A DNA stretch of 64,000 nucleotides from the NCBI GenBank assembly GCA_016699995.1, contig CP064996.1, positions 754,963-818,962 of the forward strand, read 5' to 3'. The notes under the pieces are model-generated. The model was not told the DNA's origin. It searched no databases and saw nothing but the letters and a program-made list of their open reading frames with translations. Position 1 is the first letter of the stretch, and every line of letters starts with the position of its first letter. The position numbers and the translations under genes were made by a program. The DNA comes from a bacterium. Its GTDB lineage: Bacteria; Patescibacteriota; Doudnabacteria; UBA920. Below, in pieces: positions 22,840 through 33,340 of this stretch.

Positions 22840-23947
22840 TAATTGTTAACTCGATCAATTTCTTGAGGTTTTCCCTGAATCTGCCATAGCTGTACTCTCC
22901 GGTCACTCTGGCCAAAGCTGCCTGCCCATACCTGTGACGCAACTCAGGATCATCTGTTAATCTCATTATCGCTTGACGCAAAGCAGATTCATCAGCCGGC
23001 CTAACCGTTAGACCTGTGTACTCGTGCAGACTAACTGTAGGAACAGCGGTCGGAAGATTAGTATTAATTACCGGCAGGCCGTGCGACATAGCCTCCAGCT
23101 GAACCAACCCAAAGGCTTCGGATTTAGCAATCGACGGCAGTACAAATATATCGCTATCGGCGTAAAGCGCGGACAAATCAGCAACCGGTGGGATAATTCT
23201 TACATTAACTAACTCTAAATCTTTGATTAAATCCTTTAGCTGTTTTCTCAATGGCCCTTGGCCAACTATGGCAAGCTCTGCATCCACGCCAGCCATGGCT
23301 TTAATCAAATATTCATAGCCTTTATAGTATACCAACCTGCCAACGGACAAAATCTGGACAATCTGATTAGCGGAGTTACCCGAACCTTTCTCATTCACTT
23401 TTTTAGCAGGCAACTGTCCACCCAAAAATGGAATAACTATAAGCTTACTCCTACAATTATTTAGTAAATTAGAATTCTCAGCAATTGCTTCATGAGATAC
23501 AATCACCCGTAAAGCTTTTTGCAGAACCATTTTTAGTAGCGGCCTAATAAACATAGCCATGGCTTTTTGCCTAACAATATCGGAATGATACCAAACCACC
23601 ATAGGTTTGTTTTGGGCGTAGAGCCAGTAAGCAAAGAAGCCGAATGGAAAGGGGTGGTGCAAAATGATCAGATCATAATTGCCTGCTATCTCCTTAAATT
23701 TTTTTAGAAAGCTCCACGACAGCGGCATGCCAAAAGCCACCCCTGCCCTGCTTTGCCTGTAGATTGTATTAGCGCTGCCATTAAAGCCCGAACGCGCTAC
23801 CTCGACAGAGTCGTGCTTGTCTTCTGCGAAACACAGCACATCGCCTTCAATATTCTCATTGCCAAAAACCTGGTGGATATCTCTGACCACTGTCTCTATC
23901 CCACCAATGTGAGGATGAAAATATTTATTTACCTGAAGAATCTTCAT
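22826..23947 (-). CDS. Glycosyltransferase family 4.
   Basis: 373 aa. GGIETVVRDI...EAFGLVQLEAMSHGLPVINTN motifs. Confidence 0.75.
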   Translation of the reverse strand: MKILQVNKYFHPHIGGIETVVRDIHQVFGNENIEGDVLCFAEDKHDSVEVARSGFNGSANTIYRQSRAGVAFGMPLSWSFLKKFKEIAGNYDLIILHHPFPFGFFAYWLYAQNKPMVVWYHSDIVRQKAMAMFIRPLLKMVLQKALRVIVSHEAIAENSNLLNNCRSKLIVIPFLGGQLPAKKVNEKGSGNSANQIVQILSVGRLVYYKGYEYLIKAMAGVDAELAIVGQGPLRKQLKDLIKDLELVNVRIIPPVADLSALYADSDIFVLPSIAKSEAFGLVQLEAMSHGLPVINTNLPTAVPTVSLHEYTGLTVRPADESALRQAIMRLTDDPELRHRYGQAALARVTGEYSYGRFRENLKKLIELTIIDHE

Positions 23948-25063
23948 TTGGCAAACGTTTGCAATAATATTTGAGCAGCTTGTTCCCAGCTAAAACGGGT
24001 TATATTAGATTGCCCTGCCCTGATCAAAGCTGCAGAGGCTTCTGGTTGCAGTACACGGGCAATTGCCTCTTCCAAGTCTTTAATGTCATTTGGATCTACC
24101 AAAATAGCGCCCTCGCCTGCTACTTCCGGCATGGAAGTCGTATTGGACGTTATTACCGGAACGGCCAAGCTCTGAGCTTCCAAGATAGGCAGCCCAAAAC
24201 CTTCATAAAAGGAGGCAAAGTACATCGCCGCAGAGTTGCGAATTAAGCTTACTTTTTCCTGGTTGCTTACAAAACCCAAAAATCTGATTCTTTCTCCCAT
24301 TTCCAGCTCCGCTAGCAGAGCCTGCAAATTTGCAAAGTCCTGGTTCTGATTACCGGCCAGAGCAAACGCCAGCTCAGATTCGGGATGGGACTTGGCATAT
24401 TCGGCGTAAGCCTTGGATCATTCCGGCAATGTTCTTGCGCGGATTGAGACTACCCACATAAAACAAATAAGCTTTTGGTTTTAATTTGAATTTTGCCAGC
24501 ACTGGACTGTCTTCTGACGTGTCCACGTGCGGCAAATGCGGCACAGCCTCTTTGACCACCGCAACTTTATAAGGATCGAACCCATACTGCGAAACCAGTT
24601 CCTGCTTGGAGAAATCGGAAACTGTAATAATCCTTTTTACACATTGGGCTGAGCAGGAAACTGAGCTGGATGTAGGCCCGGGAAAGCAAATTTCTAAATT
24701 CCTTAAAGCGCTTGTAAGCTGCATCATGAATAGTGTTGACCTTGCTGCATGGTGCCAAAAACTAAAAAACGGCGACGGACTATACAATACATTTACTCTG
24801 TGGACCGCCGCATAAAAGGGCATTAAAACTTGCTGGGTAAAAATTACTCCCGCCGAATTTCTAAGCCTATAAAAGTTAACTACCCTCACCCGATCGGACA
24901 CGGTTTCTGATAGCTTATCCAATTCTAAAAACTGCTGGCTGCCCTTGTATATAATAATTTTATGTCCGCTGCCAATTCTGGCCAAAGCGCCGATAATGTT
25001 TTCTGTAAAAACTTCGGTGCCCTGGTAAGTGCGAAAAATGGTTAAGTCTATTCCTATGGTCAT
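23944..25063 (-). pseudogene. Glycosyltransferase family 4, frameshifted near 24411-24416 (CC/GG run).
   Basis: The N-terminal fragment (24374..25063) ends ...YVGSLNPRKNIAGMIQ, then out-of-frame junk. The adjacent frame continues AYAEYAKSHPESELAFALAGNQ...EGFGLPILEA...PEVAGEGAILVDP. Deleting one G restores MIQAYAEYAK. Confidence 0.75.
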
Positions 25064-25072
25064 AACTGCATG

Positions 25073-25990
25073 CTAAAAATGCCCGATCAAATTTTCTGTC
25101 TTACTTACCCCTTCAAACCATACTTCAAGATCCTCAATCTGGTTCTCATCGCCACTGCTATCCAGTTCGTACAGTTTATAGCCTAACTGTAAAAGCAAAA
25201 AAGCTGCTTCCTTGTGGCGGGAGTTGTTCGGACCAGGCCAGACTTCCATGGCCAGTTTAGGCCTAACGGTGCGCAAAATATTCATCCCGCCCCGCAAAGC
25301 ATCGAGCTCTGCATTTTCTATGTCCAATTTAATAAAAGTCGGCCGCAGGCTGTTTTCGGAGCTAAATTCATCTATAGTTGTGGTTTCCACCGGTACCGAT
25401 TCCAGCTTGGTTTCTGACTGCGTAATCGACAAGGCCTCTTCTGCGTAGAATGAATTGGAGCCGCGCTTCCCCCCGGCAGTGTAAACATTCAGGTTCCTCT
25501 CCCCGGAGCGTTCAACTACGGCCTTAGGCACAACCTGAATATTTGCAAAGGGCTTGGTGTTCTTAAGCAGTATCTTGCGAGTGCTGGGAGTCGGCTCAAA
25601 TGAATAAATTTTACTCGCGCCCTGTGTAGACGCCTCAACCACTAAGCTGTAAAAACCGTAGTGGGCGCCGATATCAAAAAATACTTCCTGATCCTTTATA
25701 TTTTTGAGCATCCATTTGGTCAGGTTAGTTTCATTTTCCTCGCCGATGATTCCGCACAGATAATAATCCATAAAATAGCCTTCGGTATAAAAATCCTGAC
25801 CGGTAAACAAAGTGTTCTTTACCACCCAGCTACTTTGCAGATTTGGCATAAATTTGAACAGAACCTTTGTAACTAATGCCCGCCATGGATAATAGCGCAG
25901 CTTTCCTAATACCGAACCCCGGAAAATAGAATGAAGTTCTTTCTCTTTAGACTGAGCTTGTTCAAATTTTGCTAGTAAATTAAAGGTCAT
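25073..25990 (-). CDS. FkbM-family SAM-dependent methyltransferase.
   Basis: FFDIGAHYGFYSL and IKLDIENAELDAL motifs. Confidence 0.7.
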   Translation of the reverse strand: MTFNLLAKFEQAQSKEKELHSIFRGSVLGKLRYYPWRALVTKVLFKFMPNLQSSWVVKNTLFTGQDFYTEGYFMDYYLCGIIGEENETNLTKWMLKNIKDQEVFFDIGAHYGFYSLVVEASTQGASKIYSFEPTPSTRKILLKNTKPFANIQVVPKAVVERSGERNLNVYTAGGKRGSNSFYAEEALSITQSETKLESVPVETTTIDEFSSENSLRPTFIKLDIENAELDALRGGMNILRTVRPKLAMEVWPGPNNSRHKEAAFLLLQLGYKLYELDSSGDENQIEDLEVWFEGVSKTENLIGHF

Positions 25991-27920
25991 TTGGAAAATT
26001 GATTTGGTTTAAGTCTGGGGCCTGTTTTATTGAGTCTATCACACCTTTAAGGCGCCGATGAGGATTAATTTTAAATGCCTCAGCCAAAGCATGAAGGGTT
26101 CCTTCGCGATCTTGCAAATAGAATTCGGTCTGGGCCAAAAACAGCCAGGTGTTGTAGTTGCCATCATCGAACACTATCGCGCGCCGGGCATATTCGTTGG
26201 CCTTTTGAAATTCGCTGGTACGGATCATGTTAATTACTGCGACTCGCAGCGTGGGCTCGTAATTGCCATTGTGCGCAATCATGTTCTGGGTGGCCGCCAC
26301 AGCCTTTGTGCGATAATTGTCATTATTAACTTTCTGATACATCTGAATATAATAATCAGCAACAGATTGGTAAACCCCCGCCGAGGAAGGATGCTGATCC
26401 TGCAACTGCTCTAAGCCGGCTTCGACAAGGTCATGCTTGCCCTGTTCCAGCTGGGCCTTAAGCACAGACAGACGCGCATTCATATTATAAGGGTAAAAAG
26501 AAACTGATTTCTTAGCCATAAGCTCTGCGGCGCTATAATCTTTAGCGTTCAGATAAATACCGGATTGCCTTAGCATTAATTCGCTGGCTAGCATGGATCC
26601 ACCAAAAACGATAAATCCTATTCCGAGCATAATCAAAATAGACTTGAGCCAAAATTTTAAGCCTATACTCCAAACTCCGGAGATATAACTTAAGCCAGTT
26701 GCTGTAAGCACCGCGAGCAATATCCAATTAGGGAGAGAAACTGGGGTAAAACTGCCCACCAATAGCCAGATCGCGATAGAAGCCGCGACAGCGCCAGCAG
26801 CAGCATCTCTGGCCACAAACCACCTCTTCAAACTCGCCAAGGCGGCCGCTCCAATGATAGCAAGCATAGAAAGCGTCAAAGGCAATCCCGCGCTGGAGGC
26901 CTGTTGCAGAATAACGCTATGCGCGTCGTCAAACCACTCAGTGCTGGTCAGAGCCGGATGCTGGCTGGCCCGAAATGCTAAAAAATAATTTCCAAAACCG
27001 TGACCAAACAGAGGGTGGGCAGCAATTTCGTTAGCCGCGATTTCCCAAATCAGCCAGCGGCTGCCAATTGATCGGTCGCTAGTGCTAGTTTCTACAGTAG
27101 GCACTTCAACCCGTGTTATTTGATAGTAAGTCCAGTAGCTAGCAGCGGACAAAACAAATATTGACCCCACAAAAATGGCCCATTTAAACTTTTTTGAATA
27201 GATAAGAATCAGTATCCCGGAGATCATAGCGGCAGCCAGTCCAAGCATGGCGCCGCGGCTGTTAAAAATCATCAGGCTCACCAGGCTGATTGCAAAAATA
27301 GCAAAATAGTATATCAACGCGGAGCGGTTCTTAGAATTGGAGAGGAGCCAGACTTGCACCGGGATAGTAACAACAACAAACATGGAAGAAAAATTGGGAT
27401 TACCCAAAAAGCTAGGGATCGCGCTTCTAACACCTTCATACAATCCTCCGTAGTATCCAAAGCCGAAGCTTTGGATGATTCCCCACAGGCCGATCAAACC
27501 GCTCATCAAAACCAACACTTGCAGCATGCCGTATTTTTCTTTAACCGAATAAAAGCCCAGAACGATTATAAAGACCCACCAGGTTAAGAAGAATATTGCG
27601 GAATTTATAAACCGCGGATAAGTACCAAAAATGGAATTAATAGGATCCAAAGAAAAAATTGGCCCCAACACTAAAAAGATGAAAAATGGGACTGATAAAT
27701 ACCCCAACCATTTAGGAAGTTTTAAAACTCTTTGCGGCTTGGAAAAAACCAAAATAAAAAGCAGTGTACCCAGACCCGTCAACCAGACAATCAATTTGGG
27801 AAGTTCTACCCCTTCCTGAAATGCTCCGACCGTAGCTAGGGAAGTTATGGCTAGCACCAAAACTAAAAACCCGCTGGCCGGATTTTTTAAAATTGGGAAT
27901 CTCTCAACGATTACTGACAT
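25980..27920 (-). CDS. O-antigen ligase/polymerase-like polytopic membrane protein (Wzy_C/WaaL-like) with C-terminal TPR repeats.
   Basis: 646 aa. About 12 TM segments. GHGFGNYFLAF motif. C-terminal periplasmic TPR-like repeats. Confidence 0.6.
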   Translation of the reverse strand: MSVIVERFPILKNPASGFLVLVLAITSLATVGAFQEGVELPKLIVWLTGLGTLLFILVFSKPQRVLKLPKWLGYLSVPFFIFLVLGPIFSLDPINSIFGTYPRFINSAIFFLTWWVFIIVLGFYSVKEKYGMLQVLVLMSGLIGLWGIIQSFGFGYYGGLYEGVRSAIPSFLGNPNFSSMFVVVTIPVQVWLLSNSKNRSALIYYFAIFAISLVSLMIFNSRGAMLGLAAAMISGILILIYSKKFKWAIFVGSIFVLSAASYWTYYQITRVEVPTVETSTSDRSIGSRWLIWEIAANEIAAHPLFGHGFGNYFLAFRASQHPALTSTEWFDDAHSVILQQASSAGLPLTLSMLAIIGAAALASLKRWFVARDAAAGAVAASIAIWLLVGSFTPVSLPNWILLAVLTATGLSYISGVWSIGLKFWLKSILIMLGIGFIVFGGSMLASELMLRQSGIYLNAKDYSAAELMAKKSVSFYPYNMNARLSVLKAQLEQGKHDLVEAGLEQLQDQHPSSAGVYQSVADYYIQMYQKVNNDNYRTKAVAATQNMIAHNGNYEPTLRVAVINMIRTSEFQKANEYARRAIVFDDGNYNTWLFLAQTEFYLQDREGTLHALAEAFKINPHRRLKGVIDSIKQAPDLNQINFPNDL

Positions 27921-27947
27921 GACTTAATTATACACTGGCCGGGGATA

Positions 27948-27982
27948 CAAAAAAACCAGCCCGAAGGCTGGTTTTAATTTTG
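27948..27982 (-). terminator. Bidirectional Rho-independent terminator after pilA.
   Basis: aaccagcc-cgaa-ggctggtt flanked by A7 and a T-rich run. Confidence 0.6.
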
Positions 27983-27999
27983 TTTCAATCAGCTGAGAA

Positions 28000-28413
28000 T
28001 TACTGAATACCGGCTGGTGAAGCAGTGTGAGTACCCCCACCCAAACCACCAGTAGTAGCTCCTACACAGAAAGTGATAGTGTAACCAGTACCGCTACCAA
28101 CTTGAGTGTAAGTGTAAGCAGTGGTACCACAGGTACCGTCAACTGGGCTCGGCGGAGTTGGAACACCACCTAAGTAACCAGCAGAGACCAATTGGCCTAC
28201 GCTAGATGGATAGCTGCTCTGGTCGTTGAAATACAATTCCAAAGCGCTAACCATTTGGCGAACATCAGCAACACGCTTAGCATCACGAGATTTAGCACGA
28301 GCTGAGTTAAGCGCGAGCAATACTACAGAAGCCAATAAACCAATGATAGCAATAACTACCAAAAGTTCGATTAAGGTAAAACCTTTTTGATTTTGTTTCA
28401 CTTTATTCACCCC
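28000..28413 (-). CDS. pilA: Type IV major pilin.
   Basis: GTG start 6 nt after AGGAGA. Leader MNKVKQNQKG then FTLIELLVVIAIIGLLASVVL. Gly/Thr-rich C-terminus. Own terminator. Confidence 0.8.
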   Translation of the reverse strand, partial: GVNKVKQNQKGFTLIELLVVIAIIGLLASVVLLALNSARAKSRDAKRVADVRQMVSALELYFNDQSSYPSSVGQLVSAGYLGGVPTPPSPVDGTCGTTAYTYTQVGSGTGYTITFCVGATTGGLGGGTHTASPAGIQ

Positions 28414-28544
28414 CGTTCTCCTTGGATTAAAGAAGTCACAGCTCCTCCAACTGATCATCTATTATTAAATTTACTTATCTTAATTATACCATATGTTGAG
28501 CAACTGCAAGCGCAATTATCAACAAGTTGGATATTGAATGGAAA

Positions 28545-29748
28545 TTAGCCTACTGAGCTAGCCAAGTTATAAATTGGCAGCAACACGCCGGCTACTAACA
28601 AACCTACACCTATACCGAGGATTACCATGATAATCGGTTCCAATAAACTGGATAAAGTACTAATCTGAGCGTCAACTTCCTTTTCATAAAAGTTAGCCAG
28701 CTTTAAGAGGATAGTATCCAATTCGGCAGTCTGTTCGCCTACGCGCACCATCTGGGTCACCAATGGAGGGAATTCTTCATATTTTACCAAGGCATCGCTA
28801 ATGCTCTTACCGTTTGTGACCTGGTCAGCTGCCTCTAACATAATCTGCTTGTAGACAACATTGTTAATAACTTCACTGATGATTCTTAACGCTTGAATAA
28901 TAGGAATGCCTCCAGCCACCAAAGTAGCAAGGTTGCGGGCAAAACGGGCCATATATCTTTTGCAAGAGCTGTCCAATTAATGGAAATTCATTTTTAAGCG
29001 TATCCCACATGTATCGGCCAGGGGTTGTAGTTACGTAATACCGGAGCAGTAATACGCCGCCGAATAGCACCAAAAGTACCAGCCACCAGTAGACCTCAAA
29101 AAAATCAGTTGCAGCTATTAAACCTCGCGACACCATTGGCAGTTCGGCGCCCTGTTCTTTTAAAACTCCAATCAAACTAGGCAAAACAAATTTGAACATC
29201 AACACGCCTACCAAAACCAATGCAGACAATACGAAAGTCGGGTAGGTTAACGCCGATTTAACCTTAGAACGCAGTTCATAATCTTTTTCTAACTGGTCAG
29301 CCAGGTAAGACAAGCTCTCGGAAACCTTACCGGACGCTTCGCCGGAACGAACGAGGCTAATATACACATTGCCGAACACTTCCGGATTGCGCGCCATCGC
29401 CAAAGAAAGGCTTTGTCCGCTTTCCACATCGGCAATTAAATTGCGGATAACAACCACCAAGCCCTTGCTAGCCACCTGGCTTTCCAAAATACGGAGCGAC
29501 TGTAAAATCGGTACGCGCGCCGAAGACAATGTAGACAGCTGGCGAGAAAACACCACTAAGTCTTTATAGCTGACCCGGTTTAGAATATTTTGAAATTTAG
29601 AAACAATTGTTTCCTTCTGAACATCCAGGCTAATAATAATCAGGCCATTGTTAGCCAATAGCTGTTCTGCTTTTGCAAGGTTGGCAGCAACTACAAACCC
29701 GCGCTTTAAATCTCCTTTTTGATCTCTTGCTTGATATACAAATCTCAT
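28545..29748 (-). pseudogene. pilC: Type IV pilus assembly inner-membrane platform protein PilC, frameshifted at about 28951-28965.
   Basis: The N-terminal fragment ends ...LIGQLLQKIY then junk. The adjacent frame gives MARFARNLATLVAGGIPIIQALRIISEV... (conserved GspF/PilC repeat). Removing one A from the A4 run, or adding one AT unit to the (AT)3 repeat, restores LLQRYMARFAR. Confidence 0.75.
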
Positions 29749-29750
29749 AA

Positions 29751-30821
29751 TTAACCTAACAAGGACATGAAGTAATCATTATCCAATACAAAATTTTCTG
29801 CGACGCTGCGTTCCACCAAGCCTTCTTGGACGAGCTTAGCCAAAGACTTATCCAACGGCACCATCCCCTCTTCGCTGCTGGTATGAATGATGTTTGCTAT
29901 CTCATAAATCTTGTTGGTTCGGATGGTGTTGCGAACAGCATGGTTTACAACCATAATTTCTGTAGCAGGGATACGGCCGCCGCCGACTTTAGGCAATAAG
30001 CGAAGGCTGGCTACGCCCAGAAGAGTGTTGGCCAGCTGCGCTCGGATTTGGCCCTGCTGGTCGCCAGGGAACACATCCACAATACGGTCAATGCTTTGTG
30101 CGGCATCGTTGGTGTGCATGGTAGCAAAGATCAAGTGGCCGGTTTCCGCCAAAGTCAAAGTTGCAGCAATAGATTCCAGATCGCGCATTTCACCTACCAG
30201 CACTACGTTAATGTCTTCACGCAAAGCAGCTTTTAGAGCGTGCCCAAAAGACGGGGTATCTTCGCCTACTTCACGTTGGGAAATAAATGACTCTTTGTGG
30301 GTAAACAAAAATTCCACCGGGTCTTCGATAGTTAAAATATGCTCAGTGCGGGTATTGTTAATATCATTGATCATAGCTGCCAAAGCGGTGGACTTACCAT
30401 GACCAGTCGGACCCACAACCAAGACCAACCCCTGCTTGTACTGAGTGAAATTCTTAAGGATAGGAGGGAGATTAAGCTCTTCCAAAGTGCGGATATGGGT
30501 CGGAATCAAACGAAACGCTGCGTTCCATACCCCTTGCGCTTTGTAAACGTTCACACGAAAACGGGCATTATCTTTGTATGAATAAGAAAAATCCAGATGC
30601 ATCTGCTCGCCCAAATTCTTCTTTTGGACATCGTTGAGCATGACGCCTACTAAATCCGATACTGCGTCTGCGCTCAGGATTTGGTAATCTTCTAAGCGGT
30701 AAATAGCGCTGTCGATACGCAAAATAGGGGGCTCCCCGACTTGCAAATGAAGGTCGGAAGCATTGCGTTCTAGCGTAATAGCTAGTAACTTTTCTAATTC
30801 AAGTTCGCTGGCTTTATACAT
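29751..30821 (-). CDS. pilT: Twitching-motility ATPase PilT.
   Basis: 356 aa. Walker A GPTGHGKST, Asp box and His box. Confidence 0.85.
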   Translation of the reverse strand: MYKASELELEKLLAITLERNASDLHLQVGEPPILRIDSAIYRLEDYQILSADAVSDLVGVMLNDVQKKNLGEQMHLDFSYSYKDNARFRVNVYKAQGVWNAAFRLIPTHIRTLEELNLPPILKNFTQYKQGLVLVVGPTGHGKSTALAAMINDINNTRTEHILTIEDPVEFLFTHKESFISQREVGEDTPSFGHALKAALREDINVVLVGEMRDLESIAATLTLAETGHLIFATMHTNDAAQSIDRIVDVFPGDQQGQIRAQLANTLLGVASLRLLPKVGGGRIPATEIMVVNHAVRNTIRTNKIYEIANIIHTSSEEGMVPLDKSLAKLVQEGLVERSVAENFVLDNDYFMSLLG

Positions 30822-30830
30822 AGTTTGTTT

Positions 30831-31256
30831 TTATTTCAATAAAATTTGCTCCAGAGCAACCAATAAATCGCGGGGTTGGGATAAATCGCGATTAATGTGC
30901 ATTCTGGCACCTAGCTTCATAATAGCATCAATTTCCTTTTCTTGCATGGTTTTCGCCATAGTTAACAGTGGAAGTTGAGGATTCTTGGATACGAAACTGG
31001 CCAGCACCTGCATCTCGCTGGACAATCGCTCTAAACTAGGGCTAAAGATAACCACATCCACAGGAGAATTGGTTACGTGATCCGCCAGTTGGCTCAAAGA
31101 TTCGAACCCGGATACGTCCATATTAGCCTGTTTGAGCTTTTGGCTGTAAAAGCTCAGCGACTGGGTATCGCTATCCACTAAGGCTATTACTGTGCCAACC
31201 AGGCTATAAAATGGCTGGTTGCGAAGGGAGTATTTTTTGGTAATTATTACGTCCAT
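30831..31256 (-). CDS. Stand-alone CheY-like receiver-domain protein embedded in the pilus operon.
   Basis: 141 aa. LVDSD...DVVIFSP...LLTMAKT...K pattern of a receiver fold. No output domain. Confidence 0.45.
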   Translation of the reverse strand: MDVIITKKYSLRNQPFYSLVGTVIALVDSDTQSLSFYSQKLKQANMDVSGFESLSQLADHVTNSPVDVVIFSPSLERLSSEMQVLASFVSKNPQLPLLTMAKTMQEKEIDAIMKLGARMHINRDLSQPRDLLVALEQILLK

Positions 31257-31265
31257 AAGGCTGGT

Positions 31266-33071
31266 TTACTCTGTGGTTACGCGCGCGATCTCTTCTAAAG
31301 TAGTTTCCCCGCGCAAAACCTTAATGATGCCATCCTGCTTCATGGTGATCATCCCCACCTTTGCCGCAGCTTCATAAATTTTATGGGCAGGCAGCTTGCT
31401 AAAAATAGTGGCCTGAAGCTCTGGCAACAAAGGTAGAACTTCAAAAATACCCATGCGGCCCTTGTAGCCGATATTGCCGCATTTATCGCAGCCCACGGCT
31501 TCGTAGGCCACTAGCTTATCCATATCTAAGTCTTCTAGGTATTCTTTAGGTACAGATTTCACAGTAGCTTCTATGTCCTTCATCAGCACTGCATTGATCT
31601 TTGTTTCCTTCTTGCATTCATTGCAGAGTTTTCTAACCAGACGCTGGGCCATTATCAGGTTAATGGATGCTGAAAGCAAAAATTCTTCGATCCCCATGTT
31701 GGTTAGACGAGGAATGGCACCCACTGCATTATTGGTATGCAAAGTAGAAAATACCAAGTGACCGGTTAATGCAGCATGAACGCCAAGCTCGGCGGTTTCT
31801 TCATCGCGGATTTCACCAACCATTACAATATTAGGATCCTGACGCAGGATACTGCGCAGCCCGGACGCGAAAGTTAAGCCAATCTCGGGCTTGATTTGGC
31901 TCTGGTTAACGCCTTCGATAAAATATTCCACCGGATCTTCCAAAGTCACGATATTTACATCGTTGGTATTGCGAATAGTCAAAATTGAATACAAAGTGGT
32001 AGACTTCCCGCTTCCTGTCGGACCAGTGATCAGGAATACGCCGTGGGTCTTTTGGATATTCTCATTAACCCATTTTAAGCCGCGTCCGCGCAGCCCTAAC
32101 TCTTCCAGAGTCGGCACCTTAGTAGTCTTGTCTAAAATACGCATCACGATCTTTTCGCCATACATAAGAGGCAAAGATGATACGCGCAAGTCTACAGACT
32201 TTTTGCCGATGTCAACGTGAAAGCGGCCGTCCTGAGGCAAACGCTGCTCGTCAATTTTTAGGTTGGATAAGATCTTAATGCGAGAAACTATTGCGGCTAA
32301 AACATTCTTGGGCAAACGCAAACTGGTGTGGAGAATACCGTCTATGCGATAGCGAACCCGCACATCGTTTTCCGACGGTTCGATATGGATATCCGAAGCG
32401 CTGGCGTCAATAGCATTGGATAAGATTACATCCACAATCTTAATAATCGGCTCTTCTTCTGTTACTGCCGCCTGGGCGGAAGCTTCTTCCCGGATCGTGT
32501 TGCGATGGTCAGGGATCATCTGGTCGACTGCTTCTTTATGCGCAATATCTTCTAAAGCCTGCCCCACGACTGTTTTTAAGTTCCTCTTAACTCCTGATAG
32601 GAAAGATTCTACGCCGCCTTTAGAAGCAACATAGACTCTGATCTGAAAATTATTCTTTTGGCCCAAAAATTCCAAAGCTTCCAGTGCCTGAATGTTGCTA
32701 GGGTCGACAATTGCAATCTTAAGATCCCGTCCGGTAAGCTCGTAAGGCACCATTTTGTAAAACAAGCGTGATTCCTCGGGAATCAAATTTATGACATTGT
32801 CCGCAACGTTGACATTGCTCAGATCCACATAGGGCAAGTTTAAAAATGCCGCCCGGGCTTTAGCGACATCTTCATCATCTAATATTTTTTCGCTCACTAG
32901 CAATTCTGCAACCTGCTCTAAGCTAAGCGCTGCCTCTGATGAGCCAAATTTAGCCGATTTGAGATTGAAGAATTTGTCCTGCTGCTGTTTGGTTAAGAAC
33001 CCATGATCCAACAGGAATTGTTCAAAAGTTGCCAGCTGCGAACTGGATGTATTCGGTTTTGAAGTAGCCAT
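31266..33071 (-). CDS. pilB: Type IV pilus assembly ATPase PilB (GspE family).
   Basis: 601 aa. N-terminal GSPII_E_N domain. Walker A ITGPTGSGKSTT. C-terminal tetracysteine CDKCGN...C motif. Confidence 0.85.
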   Translation of the reverse strand: MATSKPNTSSSQLATFEQFLLDHGFLTKQQQDKFFNLKSAKFGSSEAALSLEQVAELLVSEKILDDEDVAKARAAFLNLPYVDLSNVNVADNVINLIPEESRLFYKMVPYELTGRDLKIAIVDPSNIQALEALEFLGQKNNFQIRVYVASKGGVESFLSGVKRNLKTVVGQALEDIAHKEAVDQMIPDHRNTIREEASAQAAVTEEEPIIKIVDVILSNAIDASASDIHIEPSENDVRVRYRIDGILHTSLRLPKNVLAAIVSRIKILSNLKIDEQRLPQDGRFHVDIGKKSVDLRVSSLPLMYGEKIVMRILDKTTKVPTLEELGLRGRGLKWVNENIQKTHGVFLITGPTGSGKSTTLYSILTIRNTNDVNIVTLEDPVEYFIEGVNQSQIKPEIGLTFASGLRSILRQDPNIVMVGEIRDEETAELGVHAALTGHLVFSTLHTNNAVGAIPRLTNMGIEEFLLSASINLIMAQRLVRKLCNECKKETKINAVLMKDIEATVKSVPKEYLEDLDMDKLVAYEAVGCDKCGNIGYKGRMGIFEVLPLLPELQATIFSKLPAHKIYEAAAKVGMITMKQDGIIKVLRGETTLEEIARVTTE

Positions 33072-33072
33072 G

Positions 33073-33327
33073 CTATTTAACTAATGTTGCGCTCTGAGCG
33101 CCAATTTCTGCAGGAGTAACTACCGGATACGGGAAGAGACGGCCGTCTTTGTTGTATGACTGCACAGTATTAAAATCGAGTTTAGTTCCTTCTGGGAGCA
33201 CAGTGGAAACCGGAGCAGCATTGTTAGTAACGGTCTTCGAGTTATTTTTTGATAACGCTAAATAACCAAGCACGATCGCTGCACCCAAAGCTACTACTAT
33301 TACGATAAAAGAAATTGTTTTTTTCAT
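33073..33327 (-). CDS. Small signal-peptide protein of unknown function in the pilus operon.
   Basis: 84 aa. N-terminal hydrophobic segment. Translationally coupled to pilB. Confidence 0.35.
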   Translation of the reverse strand: MKKTISFIVIVVALGAAIVLGYLALSKNNSKTVTNNAAPVSTVLPEGTKLDFNTVQSYNKDGRLFPYPVVTPAEIGAQSATLVK

Positions 33328-33340
33328 CTCGAATTATTTA

